From a virus (taxonomy: Duplodnaviria; Caudoviricetes), in the IMG/VR virus record IMGVR_UViG_3300023108_000024, positions 1 through 62,860 of that record: DNA of 62,860 nucleotides, one strand, 5' to 3'. This document shows, one piece after another, positions 1 to 8,327 of this stretch. The position numbers and the translations under genes were made by a program. The notes under the pieces were generated by a model. The model had not been told where the DNA came from. It saw only the letters and a program-made list of their open reading frames with translations, and did not search any database. Numbering within the stretch: the first letter of the stretch is position 1; each line of letters opens with the position of its first letter.

Positions 1-13
1 TTGTTCTACTTGG

Positions 14-502
14 GTGTTGATGACAAATCTACAAAAGGGGGTTGAGTTACATACATGTGATACATTTGGTATGAACCACCCAGCTCTTAAACAAAGACAT
101 TATAATGGTGTTATGGCAAAGCATGGGCACAATTCAGCCATATCATATGCTATGAATCTTTACCTCGAAAAAGATCACAGAACATTGTTTAATCATAATG
201 TCAATCAACATCCAAGGCGTTATGAAGTACTTAAAGAAATTCATGCATATCCCAGCTTGGAATTATTAGCTAAAGATACTAATTGGGATATGGTCTACAT
301 TGATGGTCTACATTCATATGAAAATGTATCAGCTGAATTAAACTTCTTGAAGGATGTACCACTTCTATGTGGTGATGATTATCATCCCGCACATCCCGGT
401 ACCATGCAGGCCATTGATGAGTTTGTTGCTAAAAGAAAATTAAAATTAGTACATCACGAATTTGATACTGGTTCAGGATTTTGGAAGATTGATAATGCAT
501 AA
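14..502 (+). CDS. Class I SAM-dependent methyltransferase (Methyltransf_24-like), probably 5'-truncated by the window edge
   Basis: Motifs WDMVYIDGLHSYENV and LCGDDY are typical of Methyltransf_24-type enzymes. The frame appears open back to the window start. Confidence 0.7.
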   Translation: MLMTNLQKGVELHTCDTFGMNHPALKQRHYNGVMAKHGHNSAISYAMNLYLEKDHRTLFNHNVNQHPRRYEVLKEIHAYPSLELLAKDTNWDMVYIDGLHSYENVSAELNFLKDVPLLCGDDYHPAHPGTMQAIDEFVAKRKLKLVHHEFDTGSGFWKIDNA

Positions 503-1106
503 AAAATTATTCATAACGGGATGTGATAAGAAAACAAGATGGATGTTACCTTGGTTTGAACAAAACTTTAGGAAACATAATCCCGATGCTTTGTTACATG
601 TATATGATTTTGATAAAGAATTTTTATCCGAAAGTCATTGGTTTAAAAAACCAGCCGCCATGTTGGATGCTACAAGACGTGCTCATAAGGTTTGTTGGCT
701 GGATACAGATTGTCAGGTTAAAGATAATATTGAAAACATATTTGAATATACTTTACCAAATAAATTGTGTATGGTAGAAGATGTTCCGTGGTCTATACGT
801 AGAGGAGAGACTTGGCACAACTCAGGGGTAGTAGCATTTCAAAACAGGCCTATTATATTACGAGAATGGGTTAAGCAGATAAAGAATGTAACTGATACAA
901 CCAATCCTATGTTTGGAGATCAAGATGTACTTCATGCCATTCTCAGACAGGAAATGAATAGGTTAATATATATTAGAGATCTTCCAAGAAAATTTAACAC
1001 ACTCAGATTAGATTTGCTTGATAAGTCTGCTCCCGAAAAAATTAGTATCATGCACTGGACTGGTGCAAAAGGTAAAGAATATATTAGAGAAATGATTAAT
1101 GTCTAG
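495..1106 (+). CDS. GT-A fold glycosyltransferase (GT8/nucleotide-diphospho-sugar transferase-like)
   Basis: WFKKP, DxD motif (CWLDTD), NSGVV, GDQDVL and C-terminal IMHWTG. ATG at 495 overlaps the upstream stop. Confidence 0.75.
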   Translation: MHKKLFITGCDKKTRWMLPWFEQNFRKHNPDALLHVYDFDKEFLSESHWFKKPAAMLDATRRAHKVCWLDTDCQVKDNIENIFEYTLPNKLCMVEDVPWSIRRGETWHNSGVVAFQNRPIILREWVKQIKNVTDTTNPMFGDQDVLHAILRQEMNRLIYIRDLPRKFNTLRLDLLDKSAPEKISIMHWTGAKGKEYIREMINV

Positions 1107-1695
1107 AGTTGCTCATATTATCGGTAATGGTGATAACCATTCTTTATATAAACCCGCTAAGGGCATTAAGATTACTTGTAATCTACCACCACAGGAAATT
1201 GCAAACACATATGCAAGCTGCATTGTAGATTTTAAAATGTGCCATGCCCTCACTGAAGGTTCTGTGCAGATTCCTGGAAATTGGGTTATGGGATATAGAC
1301 CCAAGATTTGGTATGAACAAAACAAGGGTAATTTTAAGATGAGGTTTGGTCATAAGATCAGAGAGTTCTATACCGTATTGCCTGAATATGCGGGTAACTA
1401 TACAAATCTTAATTGTGGTCATTTCGCCGCACACTATACAGCAAATAAACTGAGAGCCGACGAAATACATCTATACGGCTTTGATTCTTTGTTTGATATG
1501 AATTTAAGAAGTACCACTGATTTTATAATTAATTCAGATCGTGGAGCTACTAATAACGTGAGACTTAATGATCGTTGGCGACCTATCTGGAAAAGTATCT
1601 TTGAAGAATTTAAAAATACTCAATGGGTACTACATCACAATCATCCTAACCTTAAATTTCCAAAAGGTGATAATGTAGAAATAAAAGTGCATTGA
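1099..1695 (+). CDS. Sialyltransferase/Maf(DUF115)-like putative glycosyltransferase
   Basis: N-terminal AHIIGNG and later ADEIHLYGFD match the IxGNG...IxLxGFD pattern of GT29/GT42/Maf-like folds. Confidence 0.5.
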   Translation: MSRVAHIIGNGDNHSLYKPAKGIKITCNLPPQEIANTYASCIVDFKMCHALTEGSVQIPGNWVMGYRPKIWYEQNKGNFKMRFGHKIREFYTVLPEYAGNYTNLNCGHFAAHYTANKLRADEIHLYGFDSLFDMNLRSTTDFIINSDRGATNNVRLNDRWRPIWKSIFEEFKNTQWVLHHNHPNLKFPKGDNVEIKVH

Positions 1696-1700
1696 CCCCG

Positions 1701-1729
1701 TTGACATTTGATTTCAGATGAACTATATT
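1701..1729 (+). promoter_or_regulatory. Early sigma70-type promoter
   Basis: TTGACA (1701-1706), 17-nt spacer, TATATT (1724-1729), then an AAGGAG RBS. Nearly the same layout recurs at 2821. Confidence 0.8.
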
Positions 1730-1751
1730 ACTAATATAGAAGGAGAATCAA

Positions 1752-1916
1752 ATGAAAACATTTACTATCATCATCTCAGAAGAACAACTATCTCAATTAC
1801 AATCTGCTTTATGCGCAGATATCTTCTATACAGAAGAAGGTAATTATCTTATCGGTATGATTCAGGATGTTCTAGATCAAAAAGAAGAAGATATCATCAA
1901 CGATTTTACATCTTAG
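1752..1916 (+). CDS. Small acidic hypothetical early protein (54 aa; not in the ORF track)
   Basis: AGGAG RBS; translates as MKTFTIIISEEQLSQLQSALCADIFY...IINDFTS, stop TAG. Confidence 0.7.
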   Translation: MKTFTIIISEEQLSQLQSALCADIFYTEEGNYLIGMIQDVLDQKEEDIINDFTS

Positions 1917-1925
1917 GATAATAAA

Positions 1926-2360
1926 TTGTTAGTCTTAGAATTCCAAACCAAAACAGCAAAGTATCGGCAGAAGGCTATTCAGCAGGCTGTCGATTTTGCT
2001 TTCTGTGAACTTATGCCTCGGGTTAGAAAGCCGATTTATATAAATATTCGTACGATACGTAAGTTAGCAGAAAAGCAAGGAGTTTACGGCGACTGTATGG
2101 ATGAAGGAGATCGTGAGTTTACGATCCGCATCGATGTATCTCTTCCCCTAGATGAAATGATATCAACAATTCTCCATGAGATGGTTCATGTGTGGCAGTA
2201 CGTCTCTAAACGTATGATCCAAAATTGGGTACATGAGGTACGATTTGCAAAGCAGGTGTATAGTTCTGATATGCCGTATGATGATCGCCCCTGGGAAATA
2301 GAAGCGCATCGTGTAGAGAAAGAATTAAAGGAAAAATGGGATGGACTTAGACGGTATTGA
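1926..2360 (+). CDS. HEXXH zinc metallopeptidase-like protein (SprT-like)
   Basis: ILHEMVHVWQY and a downstream PWEIEA motif, a family common in T4-like phages. Confidence 0.75.
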   Translation: MLVLEFQTKTAKYRQKAIQQAVDFAFCELMPRVRKPIYINIRTIRKLAEKQGVYGDCMDEGDREFTIRIDVSLPLDEMISTILHEMVHVWQYVSKRMIQNWVHEVRFAKQVYSSDMPYDDRPWEIEAHRVEKELKEKWDGLRRY

Positions 2361-2634
2361 AAAAGCATGTATTGATATATGCGATGACAATCCTAATATG
2401 CTTATACCATGGTATTTAATGGCAGCCTATGCTTATTATGTTGAAGATGATCCAATATTGAGTGATAATAGGTTTGATCAAATGGCAAAACGTATTTTGC
2501 ATGTTTGGGATGATATAACACATATGCATAAAGAGTGTCTCACTCAAGATATGTTAAAGGCAGGAACATTTATTGGTGATTACCCCTCACGTATTAAAGG
2601 AGCATTGGATGACCTCAGACACGCCTACCGATGA
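2341..2634 (+). CDS. Small protein resembling the N-terminal (Ia) domain of NAD-dependent DNA ligase
   Basis: AYAYYVEDDPILSDNRFDQM resembles the LigA motif YYxxDxPxISDxEYD. There is no KxDG catalytic domain. Confidence 0.6.
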   Translation: MDLDGIEKACIDICDDNPNMLIPWYLMAAYAYYVEDDPILSDNRFDQMAKRILHVWDDITHMHKECLTQDMLKAGTFIGDYPSRIKGALDDLRHAYR

Positions 2635-2782
2635 CCCTATTGACGGAATTGATTTGAACAACTTAGGTGGATGGACTAGTTATGACAGTAGTAGAATGCG
2701 CGAGAAGAATAATGGAGAAGGATTGGGAGGGGATTCAGGAGATCGATATCAAAACTCTTGGGTACGCCTTGGTGATGGTTGA
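2609..2782 (+). CDS. Hypothetical protein
   Basis: AAGGAG RBS before ATG 2609 (MTSDTPTDDPIDG...). Confidence 0.45.
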   Translation: MTSDTPTDDPIDGIDLNNLGGWTSYDSSRMREKNNGEGLGGDSGDRYQNSWVRLGDG

Positions 2783-2820
2783 AGCCGTAAAAAAAAGTTA
2801 ATTTATTTTGAAAATAACCG

Positions 2821-2849
2821 TTGACATTTCTGGATAGATGCCCTATATT
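2821..2849 (+). promoter_or_regulatory. Early sigma70-type promoter
   Basis: TTGACA-17nt-TATATT with an A/T-rich UP-like tract upstream and a GAAGGAGA RBS downstream. Confidence 0.8.
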
Positions 2850-2870
2850 ATTAACATAGGATGAAGGAGA

Positions 2871-3254
2871 ATGAAAATGGCTTTTACTTTTGCAAATGAA
2901 CTGATCTCAGATCTTCATAAAGATGCTTATGGTTTTCGCCCATCTCAACGTTTCTTTGATGATTGGAAATCATATTCTGACGAAGAGAAGCAAGAGGTTT
3001 GGGATGCTTTGATTCATACGATGGAGTATAATCAAAAAGAAGAAGCTCGTCATGAAGCTGATAACCTAAATAAGTTTCGTGAAACGGTTCGTAAAGTAAT
3101 GAATACATGTGGTGTAGCATGGAACGACGCTATTGATTATCTTTGGGATGCCGAAGATGATACTACTGATTTTGATTATTTCCTTTGGAATTATGGAATT
3201 GGTTATAACGATCGTCGCAATATACGTAAGCTATATGAGGAGGCTGCACAATGA
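2871..3254 (+). CDS. Hypothetical early protein
   Basis: Strong RBS behind the promoter; ISDLHKDAYGFRP motif. The true start may be 2877. Confidence 0.75.
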   Translation: MKMAFTFANELISDLHKDAYGFRPSQRFFDDWKSYSDEEKQEVWDALIHTMEYNQKEEARHEADNLNKFRETVRKVMNTCGVAWNDAIDYLWDAEDDTTDFDYFLWNYGIGYNDRRNIRKLYEEAAQ

Positions 3255-3469
3255 TGTTAAGTGGTGATCTGCAGGGAGCAATGGTTTTACATATTCTTGA
3301 GAAAGGATGGCATCAGCCTTTCGTTGATGGTAAAGCCAATGAATATCAAATAGAAGAAGCTATTACGGTTGGTTTGTATCAAGGAGACATACCTCCTTTA
3401 GATCAAGATGACGTTGATGTCATAATCTCTCTGGTAAATGATTTAATTAAAAATTATGGTACAGTATGA
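3251..3469 (+). CDS. Hypothetical protein
   Basis: ATGA overlaps with both neighbours. Confidence 0.65.
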   Translation: MMLSGDLQGAMVLHILEKGWHQPFVDGKANEYQIEEAITVGLYQGDIPPLDQDDVDVIISLVNDLIKNYGTV

Positions 3470-4188
3470 AAAAAATTATATTAAAAGGCAATGCTCATTG
3501 GTTTGAGGCTTTTTCTAAACCCATAACAGCATTTAAAGCATTGCCTAAATGGTATAAAGATACTAAGATTGATGGACCAATTAAACAGGCAATGTTTAAC
3601 ACCAGAAATGATGGCACATTGAAAAAATGTGTTCCATTTCTAGATGCAATGACTGCGGGTTATGTTATTACGGCTGCTCAGGATTTTGGTATTAAATTAT
3701 ATTATGATAAGGAAGGAAAACATAATTGGCATTCTGAAAGCCCTGCACCAACTCTTCCACAGATTATTTCTTCTCATACATCACCTCAATTGGGGCCGTA
3801 TTGGAAACCGTTTAAGGATTTTGTGACCTTAAAATATGATAATCCATATGTATTAAACACACCTCCTGGGTATAGTTTGCTCTATACACCTTTACTAAAT
3901 AATTTTGAATTACAAAATAAAGGCATTCATTTTTTATCTGGTATAGTTGATGCTGACAGGTTCCCCATTGCTGTTGCGCTACCTTTTATTTGTACTAATT
4001 TTGATGATGAAATAATAGTAGAAAAAGGTACACCATTGGTTCAGGCAATTCCCATTAAAAAAGAAAATTGGGTTATGTCAGAGGCTATTATGGATTCTAA
4101 TGAATATGAATCTAACTACAATAAATTAACCACAAAATTTAGGGATGCTTATAAAAATATGTTTTGGAATCAAAGCAAATATAGATAG
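3466..4188 (+). CDS. Conserved hypothetical protein (DUF6065-like, possible dUTPase-like beta-clip fold)
   Basis: KKCVPFLDAMTAGY, TPPGYSLL, GIVDAD and IIVEKGTPLVQAIP pattern. Confidence 0.55.
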   Translation: MKKIILKGNAHWFEAFSKPITAFKALPKWYKDTKIDGPIKQAMFNTRNDGTLKKCVPFLDAMTAGYVITAAQDFGIKLYYDKEGKHNWHSESPAPTLPQIISSHTSPQLGPYWKPFKDFVTLKYDNPYVLNTPPGYSLLYTPLLNNFELQNKGIHFLSGIVDADRFPIAVALPFICTNFDDEIIVEKGTPLVQAIPIKKENWVMSEAIMDSNEYESNYNKLTTKFRDAYKNMFWNQSKYR

Positions 4189-4196
4189 GAAAGAAA

Positions 4197-4655
4197 ATGT
4201 TTAAATTCATTATACCATTACTTTTAGTTGCAGGGTCGGCCGCGGCAGATAATGTTGATCGCATTAAGATCTATGACCATACAACAACGGTTGTTACTCA
4301 AATCCCTACTACTCAGACCCGTTGTCAGAATGTAGAAGTACCAATCTATCAAGAAGTGCAGAGACAAGGTGATGCAGCTGGTGGTGCGTTAGCCGGTATG
4401 ATTATTGGTGGTCTTCTTGGCAAAGGGGTTTCTGGTAATGATGATGGAGCTGCTGCAGGTGCTGTGATTGGTGGTCTTATAGGGGCTGACAAAGGCTCTA
4501 AGCCTAAGACAGAGCGGCGAATAGTTGGATATGAGACTCAACGTCAATGTAGTGAAGTTGTTGTATATGTGGATGAGAAAGAAGAGCGTTACAGCCACTC
4601 TACAATTCGTTTCTATCTGAATGGTAAGCGTTATGTATTGGAATTTATAAAATAG
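4197..4655 (+). CDS. Secreted glycine-zipper 2TM protein
   Basis: Signal peptide MFKFIIPLLLVAGSAAA; GGALAGMIIGGLLG...GAAAGAVIGGLIG. Confidence 0.75.
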   Translation: MFKFIIPLLLVAGSAAADNVDRIKIYDHTTTVVTQIPTTQTRCQNVEVPIYQEVQRQGDAAGGALAGMIIGGLLGKGVSGNDDGAAAGAVIGGLIGADKGSKPKTERRIVGYETQRQCSEVVVYVDEKEERYSHSTIRFYLNGKRYVLEFIK

Positions 4656-4664
4656 GAGTTTATT

Positions 4665-4877
4665 ATGGGTTTTGTAATTTTACTAACATTGTTTGCATAT
4701 GATAATCAAGAGTTCTTAGAAATGGAAAAAGCTAAACGAGCTGAAGGTTATACGTGGCAACAAATCGAAGGCGGTTGTCGTGAACCATATCCTGGTTTTG
4801 TTGAGGGTAAGGATTATATTTCACAGGGGAAAACTGATACACATCCAGGATATGTTTGTCATCAGTTAACCAAATAA
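4665..4877 (+). CDS. Small membrane/secreted hypothetical protein
   Basis: AGGAG RBS, hydrophobic N-terminus, two Cys. Confidence 0.65.
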   Translation: MGFVILLTLFAYDNQEFLEMEKAKRAEGYTWQQIEGGCREPYPGFVEGKDYISQGKTDTHPGYVCHQLTK

Positions 4878-5074
4878 TGGCTTGGTTATTGGTATTCATG
4901 ACATACTGGGATGGTCAGATTATGACAGTTGGTAATGGTGTGTTTGAAACTCATATAGAATGTTTTGCTGAACGTGAAAAGCTCAGTACTGAGGTTGGTG
5001 GTATGAATGGATACTTTCCACCTAACATGCAAGCCATATGTATGAAGATAGAGTTGAAAAAAGATTCTATATAG
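4877..5074 (+). CDS. Small hypothetical protein
   Basis: TAATG coupling at 4877; MAWLLVFMTYW...C...C pattern. Confidence 0.6.
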   Translation: MAWLLVFMTYWDGQIMTVGNGVFETHIECFAEREKLSTEVGGMNGYFPPNMQAICMKIELKKDSI

Positions 5075-5082
5075 GTTATAAT

Positions 5083-5159
5083 GATTCCGTAGCTCAACTG
5101 GATAGAGCAACTGACTTCTAATCAGTAGGTTGAGGGTTCGAGTCCTTCCGGAATCACCA
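5083..5159 (+). tRNA. tRNA-Arg (anticodon TCT)
   Basis: Acceptor stem GATTCCG/CGGAATC, D arm GCTC/GAGC, anticodon arm ACTGA-CTTCTAA-TCAGT, T loop TTCGAGT, encoded CCA end. Confidence 0.97.
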
Positions 5160-5174
5160 GATAAAGGTAACGAT

Positions 5175-5390
5175 ATGCAACTAAGTTGGGAAAAAATTAG
5201 AGATCCAGAAACATGTGAATTATATCATGTTATGTGGGATCCTATTATATCAAAAGAAGTTGCATCAATACATAAGGTAAAATTTAAAAAACCTTATCAA
5301 GTAAAAATATTAGATAGAGTACCTTGGCATCGTAAAACACTTAAACAGGCTAAAGCAGATTGTGAATGGATATATGGCAACACAAAATAG
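5175..5390 (+). CDS. Hypothetical protein
   Basis: AAGGT RBS and ATG at 5175. The longer track start overlaps the tRNA. Confidence 0.65.
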   Translation: MQLSWEKIRDPETCELYHVMWDPIISKEVASIHKVKFKKPYQVKILDRVPWHRKTLKQAKADCEWIYGNTK

Positions 5391-5988
5391 TTTTATGATC
5401 TTTGGTCTACAACGATCTGGTACAACATTTCTTGAAAAACTTATTACATATAACTATGATGCTACGGTTGCCAACGGATCTATATGGAAACATCAGTTAG
5501 AAGTTCCGGATAGTGATATACCATCTGTAGCAATTATTAAATCTCCATATACATGGGTTGAGTCTATAGCATGGCGTGAACCAGCAGACATTGCAAAAAC
5601 ATATCCTGAGGTTACAGAACCCGGAAAAATAATGATAGACAATTCTTATGGTGAATGTATCTTAAATCTTCATAATTTAATAAACCTATATTGCAAATGG
5701 TTTAATAATTGGTATGAATCAGCCACACATTTTTTTAGATATGAAGATCTTCTGGTTGCTCAAGACCAACAAATCCAATTGGGTCGTTTAGATTTTGTAA
5801 GACCTTATGATGATTGGGAGGCTCCTGCATATGGAAGCCTGTTTATGTCTGAAGGATTTAAGGGTGAAGATCTTTTTTATTATAAAAGCCAAACGCCCAA
5901 ACATCTCACAGACAACCACATTGATATTATAAATGATGTCTTGGGGAATGATTTTTTTAACGAGACTAAGTATAAGAGGATAAGATGA
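5374..5988 (+). CDS. Sulfotransferase-like P-loop protein
   Basis: IFGLQRSGTTFL (5'-PSB-like loop), IIKSPYTWVES (3'-PB-like) and FRYEDL. Confidence 0.7.
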   Translation: MATQNSFMIFGLQRSGTTFLEKLITYNYDATVANGSIWKHQLEVPDSDIPSVAIIKSPYTWVESIAWREPADIAKTYPEVTEPGKIMIDNSYGECILNLHNLINLYCKWFNNWYESATHFFRYEDLLVAQDQQIQLGRLDFVRPYDDWEAPAYGSLFMSEGFKGEDLFYYKSQTPKHLTDNHIDIINDVLGNDFFNETKYKRIR

Positions 5989-6197
5989 CACAAGTTCTAG
6001 TATATAACACAGGACCTGGAACTGAATTCCAGAGAGTTATGATTGGCGAGACGACTCTAGAAATGGCACTCCGAAACTACCTAGATCAGGATCCTGAGCT
6101 AAGAGAAACCAAAAAAGCTGAATTTGAAGCTAATGGCCGCGCAATATTTAACCGTACTGCTGAAGAATATGAAATAGAATTAAAAGAAAATTCTTAA
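5985..6197 (+). CDS. Hypothetical protein
   Basis: GAGG RBS; ATGA overlap. Confidence 0.6.
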   Translation: MTQVLVYNTGPGTEFQRVMIGETTLEMALRNYLDQDPELRETKKAEFEANGRAIFNRTAEEYEIELKENS

Positions 6198-6204
6198 AAA
6201 ATTA

Positions 6205-6317
6205 TAACCCATTGATTTTAAACGAAAACAAAATGCACTTTTCTGCACTTTTTTTCGTGTGCCCGGGGTGAAATCTCTGAAATAATCATTATATTAATAA
6301 TATAAGATGAAGGAGAT
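6205..6317 (+). promoter_or_regulatory. Early promoter region with an IHF-like site and a TGCACTTTT direct repeat
   Basis: TAACCCATTGATT matches the reverse complement of WATCAANNNNTTR. TGCACTTTT occurs twice. TATATTA...GATGAAGGAGA is shared with the 2821 promoter. Confidence 0.55.
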
Positions 6318-6321
6318 CAAA

Positions 6322-6639
6322 ATGGAAATCATCGTAAAACATATGGATCGTAACGAAGTAACAGGTGATATGGAAGGATATACATCTGTAGCGAAGGTTG
6401 ATGTATCTGATTTTGTTAATCATGGTACCAATGAAATGTTGGAGTATGCATTCCGTTGGACTAACAACGTAATGGGTAGCTGGTCTAAGAAGATTGGTGA
6501 AGATGCTAATGATGATGTAACAGTTCTTGTTGAGCGTGAAGATGGTTTGGGACTTCGTTCTACATCAGTATTTGATCGTATGGAGCTTGACGGTGTTGAG
6601 TACGAAGTTGGTATGGTAGGATTCAAGGAGGTAGCATAA
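6322..6639 (+). CDS. Hypothetical early protein
   Basis: AAGGAG RBS before ATG 6322; GLRSTSVFD motif. Confidence 0.7.
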   Translation: MEIIVKHMDRNEVTGDMEGYTSVAKVDVSDFVNHGTNEMLEYAFRWTNNVMGSWSKKIGEDANDDVTVLVEREDGLGLRSTSVFDRMELDGVEYEVGMVGFKEVA

Positions 6640-6926
6640 TGTCTATTAAAGTAATGCATGAGCAAAAAGAAAATCGTCGGACTGGCAACATAGAAGGTGA
6701 GACAATTTATTTTGAATCATCAGGCTGGTGGGGTAGTGGTCCTATCTCATTCCGCCGTAGATATGGTTCTTGGTCAATGTCTACAACATCAGGTGGTCAA
6801 AGCCAAGGCATTGATGTTCTTGATCAGATTCGTGAAATGAAAGCAATGTTAGATTATGCCGAATCAGCTATCTTAGAGTATCGTGCAGTTGAGCAAGAGT
6901 ATGACGGTCTGGAGATCGTGGAGTAA
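6639..6926 (+). CDS. Hypothetical protein
   Basis: TAATG coupling; AAGGAGG RBS. Confidence 0.7.
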   Translation: MSIKVMHEQKENRRTGNIEGETIYFESSGWWGSGPISFRRRYGSWSMSTTSGGQSQGIDVLDQIREMKAMLDYAESAILEYRAVEQEYDGLEIVE

Positions 6927-7159
6927 TGAGATATGTTGAATTCGAAGGAGAAGAATATGATGCTCGGCATGGAGGTCCTTTTGATCGCGGATCGGCTGAT
7001 TCGTATTATGGTCGTCGCTTTGATCCTCATTTTTTTATCGGCGCAACTAATACTACACCTCGCGTAGATAGATCGGGAATGTCTGATCGTCAAGTGGAGG
7101 AGTATTATAAGGGTTATGCTTATAATGAATCCACTGGAGATAAAAAGGATTGGGGATGA
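6926..7159 (+). CDS. Conserved hypothetical phage protein
   Basis: TAATG coupling; RHGGPFDRGSADSYYGR...KDWG motif. Confidence 0.7.
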   Translation: MRYVEFEGEEYDARHGGPFDRGSADSYYGRRFDPHFFIGATNTTPRVDRSGMSDRQVEEYYKGYAYNESTGDKKDWG

Positions 7160-7344
7160 AGTTCGTTCATGATAACCAGCCAGATAAGGTATACTATATC
7201 ACCGAGTCTTGGCATGGTGGCGGAGCAACAATGAAAGAACACTTTAACGGTTGCTTTCGTACTAAAATTGAGTTAAACTCTAATGAGTATAAAAAAATGT
7301 TAGAAAGGTTGGCTGAGAATGGCTGGAAAGAATCTATTCGCTAG
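7156..7344 (+). CDS. Hypothetical protein
   Basis: ATGA overlap with the upstream gene. Confidence 0.55.
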   Translation: MKFVHDNQPDKVYYITESWHGGGATMKEHFNGCFRTKIELNSNEYKKMLERLAENGWKESIR

Positions 7345-7561
7345 TGAGTTGAAAAAAGAGCTTACAAAGTTTCGTAATGCGGAAAAGCGTAAGCAGGCTA
7401 CCTTTATGAAGAAACAGGCTCGTCAGGCTAAAGTAAAGCGTGAGGATCGTTCTATGCTTCGTAAAGAAGAGATGCATTGGACTGATGCATCTAAGTATGC
7501 TAAACAATATTATGGAGAGACCTTCTATGAAACAACAAGACATGATAACGATTGGGATTAA
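7319..7561 (+). CDS. Basic hypothetical protein
   Basis: Co-oriented ORF in a packed operon. Confidence 0.65.
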   Translation: MAGKNLFASELKKELTKFRNAEKRKQATFMKKQARQAKVKREDRSMLRKEEMHWTDASKYAKQYYGETFYETTRHDNDWD

Positions 7562-7676
7562 GGCAATAGGTGTTATTGCCTTAATTGGATTTGGGGTTTG
7601 GTATACAATACATGTATGGTCAGATTGTCTTCAAGAAAATTCTTTTTTAACATGTGGAAGGATGTTGTATAAATGA
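7542..7676 (+). CDS. Small membrane protein
   Basis: Hydrophobic stretch IGVIALIGFGVWY; the ATG at 7542 is the likelier start. Confidence 0.5.
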   Translation: MITIGIKAIGVIALIGFGVWYTIHVWSDCLQENSFLTCGRMLYK

Positions 7677-7825
7677 GTGATACTCGGCAACTAGAAATGA
7701 AATTGCATGAGCAGGCTGATCAGATTGGTTACCTGCGTCATGAAGTAGCTAAGCTAAAGCAACAGCTTGAAAAGAGTGATGCTATTCTTAAGAATCTCTG
7801 TGAAAGGTTATATGTGCAGGGATGA
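7673..7825 (+). CDS. Small coiled-coil protein (50 aa; not in the ORF track)
   Basis: MSDTRQLEMKLHEQADQIGYLRHEVAKLKQQLEKS... fills the gap between neighbours and overlaps both. Confidence 0.6.
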   Translation: MSDTRQLEMKLHEQADQIGYLRHEVAKLKQQLEKSDAILKNLCERLYVQG

Positions 7826-8130
7826 CCGGAATTTTTTATGATACAAAGGAAATGGAAATGATTTTACAAGAACAAGAGGACGGTACTATGACATATGATC
7901 GTAGCTGGATGATTCAGGAATTGCATAAGCGGGTCTGTCGTGTAATCTTTACTAAGGTTAATGGTGAAACGCGGGATATGCAATGCACTCTAATGGAATC
8001 AGCATTAACCACTGCTGGTGATAAACATGATCCTAAACGCCAGCGCAATGAAGATACAATTGCTGTTTGGGATACTCTAAAATGTGAATGGCGTTCATTC
8101 CGTGTAGATCGCGTAATTTCATTTACATAA
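7822..8130 (+). CDS. WYL_2/DUF2693-like SH3-barrel protein
   Basis: VIFTKVNGETRDMQCTL...VWD...WRSFRVD, a pattern conserved in T4-like phages. Confidence 0.75.
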   Translation: MTGIFYDTKEMEMILQEQEDGTMTYDRSWMIQELHKRVCRVIFTKVNGETRDMQCTLMESALTTAGDKHDPKRQRNEDTIAVWDTLKCEWRSFRVDRVISFT

Positions 8131-8138
8131 ATATAATC

Positions 8139-8327
8139 ATGTTTGATATAATTTGGATACTTTTCGCTGCGGCTTCTTTCTGTTCCTTTATGATCGGTAG
8201 ATCATGGAGTAATAGATTTCCGCCCGAATTCATCATTGAGAATACTATAGAGTATTTAATCGCCGAAGGCTATATACATGCCGAACGAACCGAAGATGGC
8301 GAATGGGAAATAAGTAAAGTAGATTAA
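8139..8327 (+). CDS. Small membrane protein
   Basis: N-terminal TM segment; IENTIEYLIAEGYI motif. Confidence 0.6.
   Translation: MFDIIWILFAAASFCSFMIGRSWSNRFPPEFIIENTIEYLIAEGYIHAERTEDGEWEISKVD

Noticed and set aside
2039-2046. TATAAATA inside the metallopeptidase gene (also one at 37015)
   Set aside because: Intragenic matches are expected by chance in AT-rich DNA. The 37015 copy could serve the fibre gene but cannot be supported from sequence alone.
5130-5174. 5' extension of ORF 5130..5390 and antisense ORF 4886..5110
   Set aside because: Both overlap the tRNA-Arg gene. The ATG at 5175 has an RBS.
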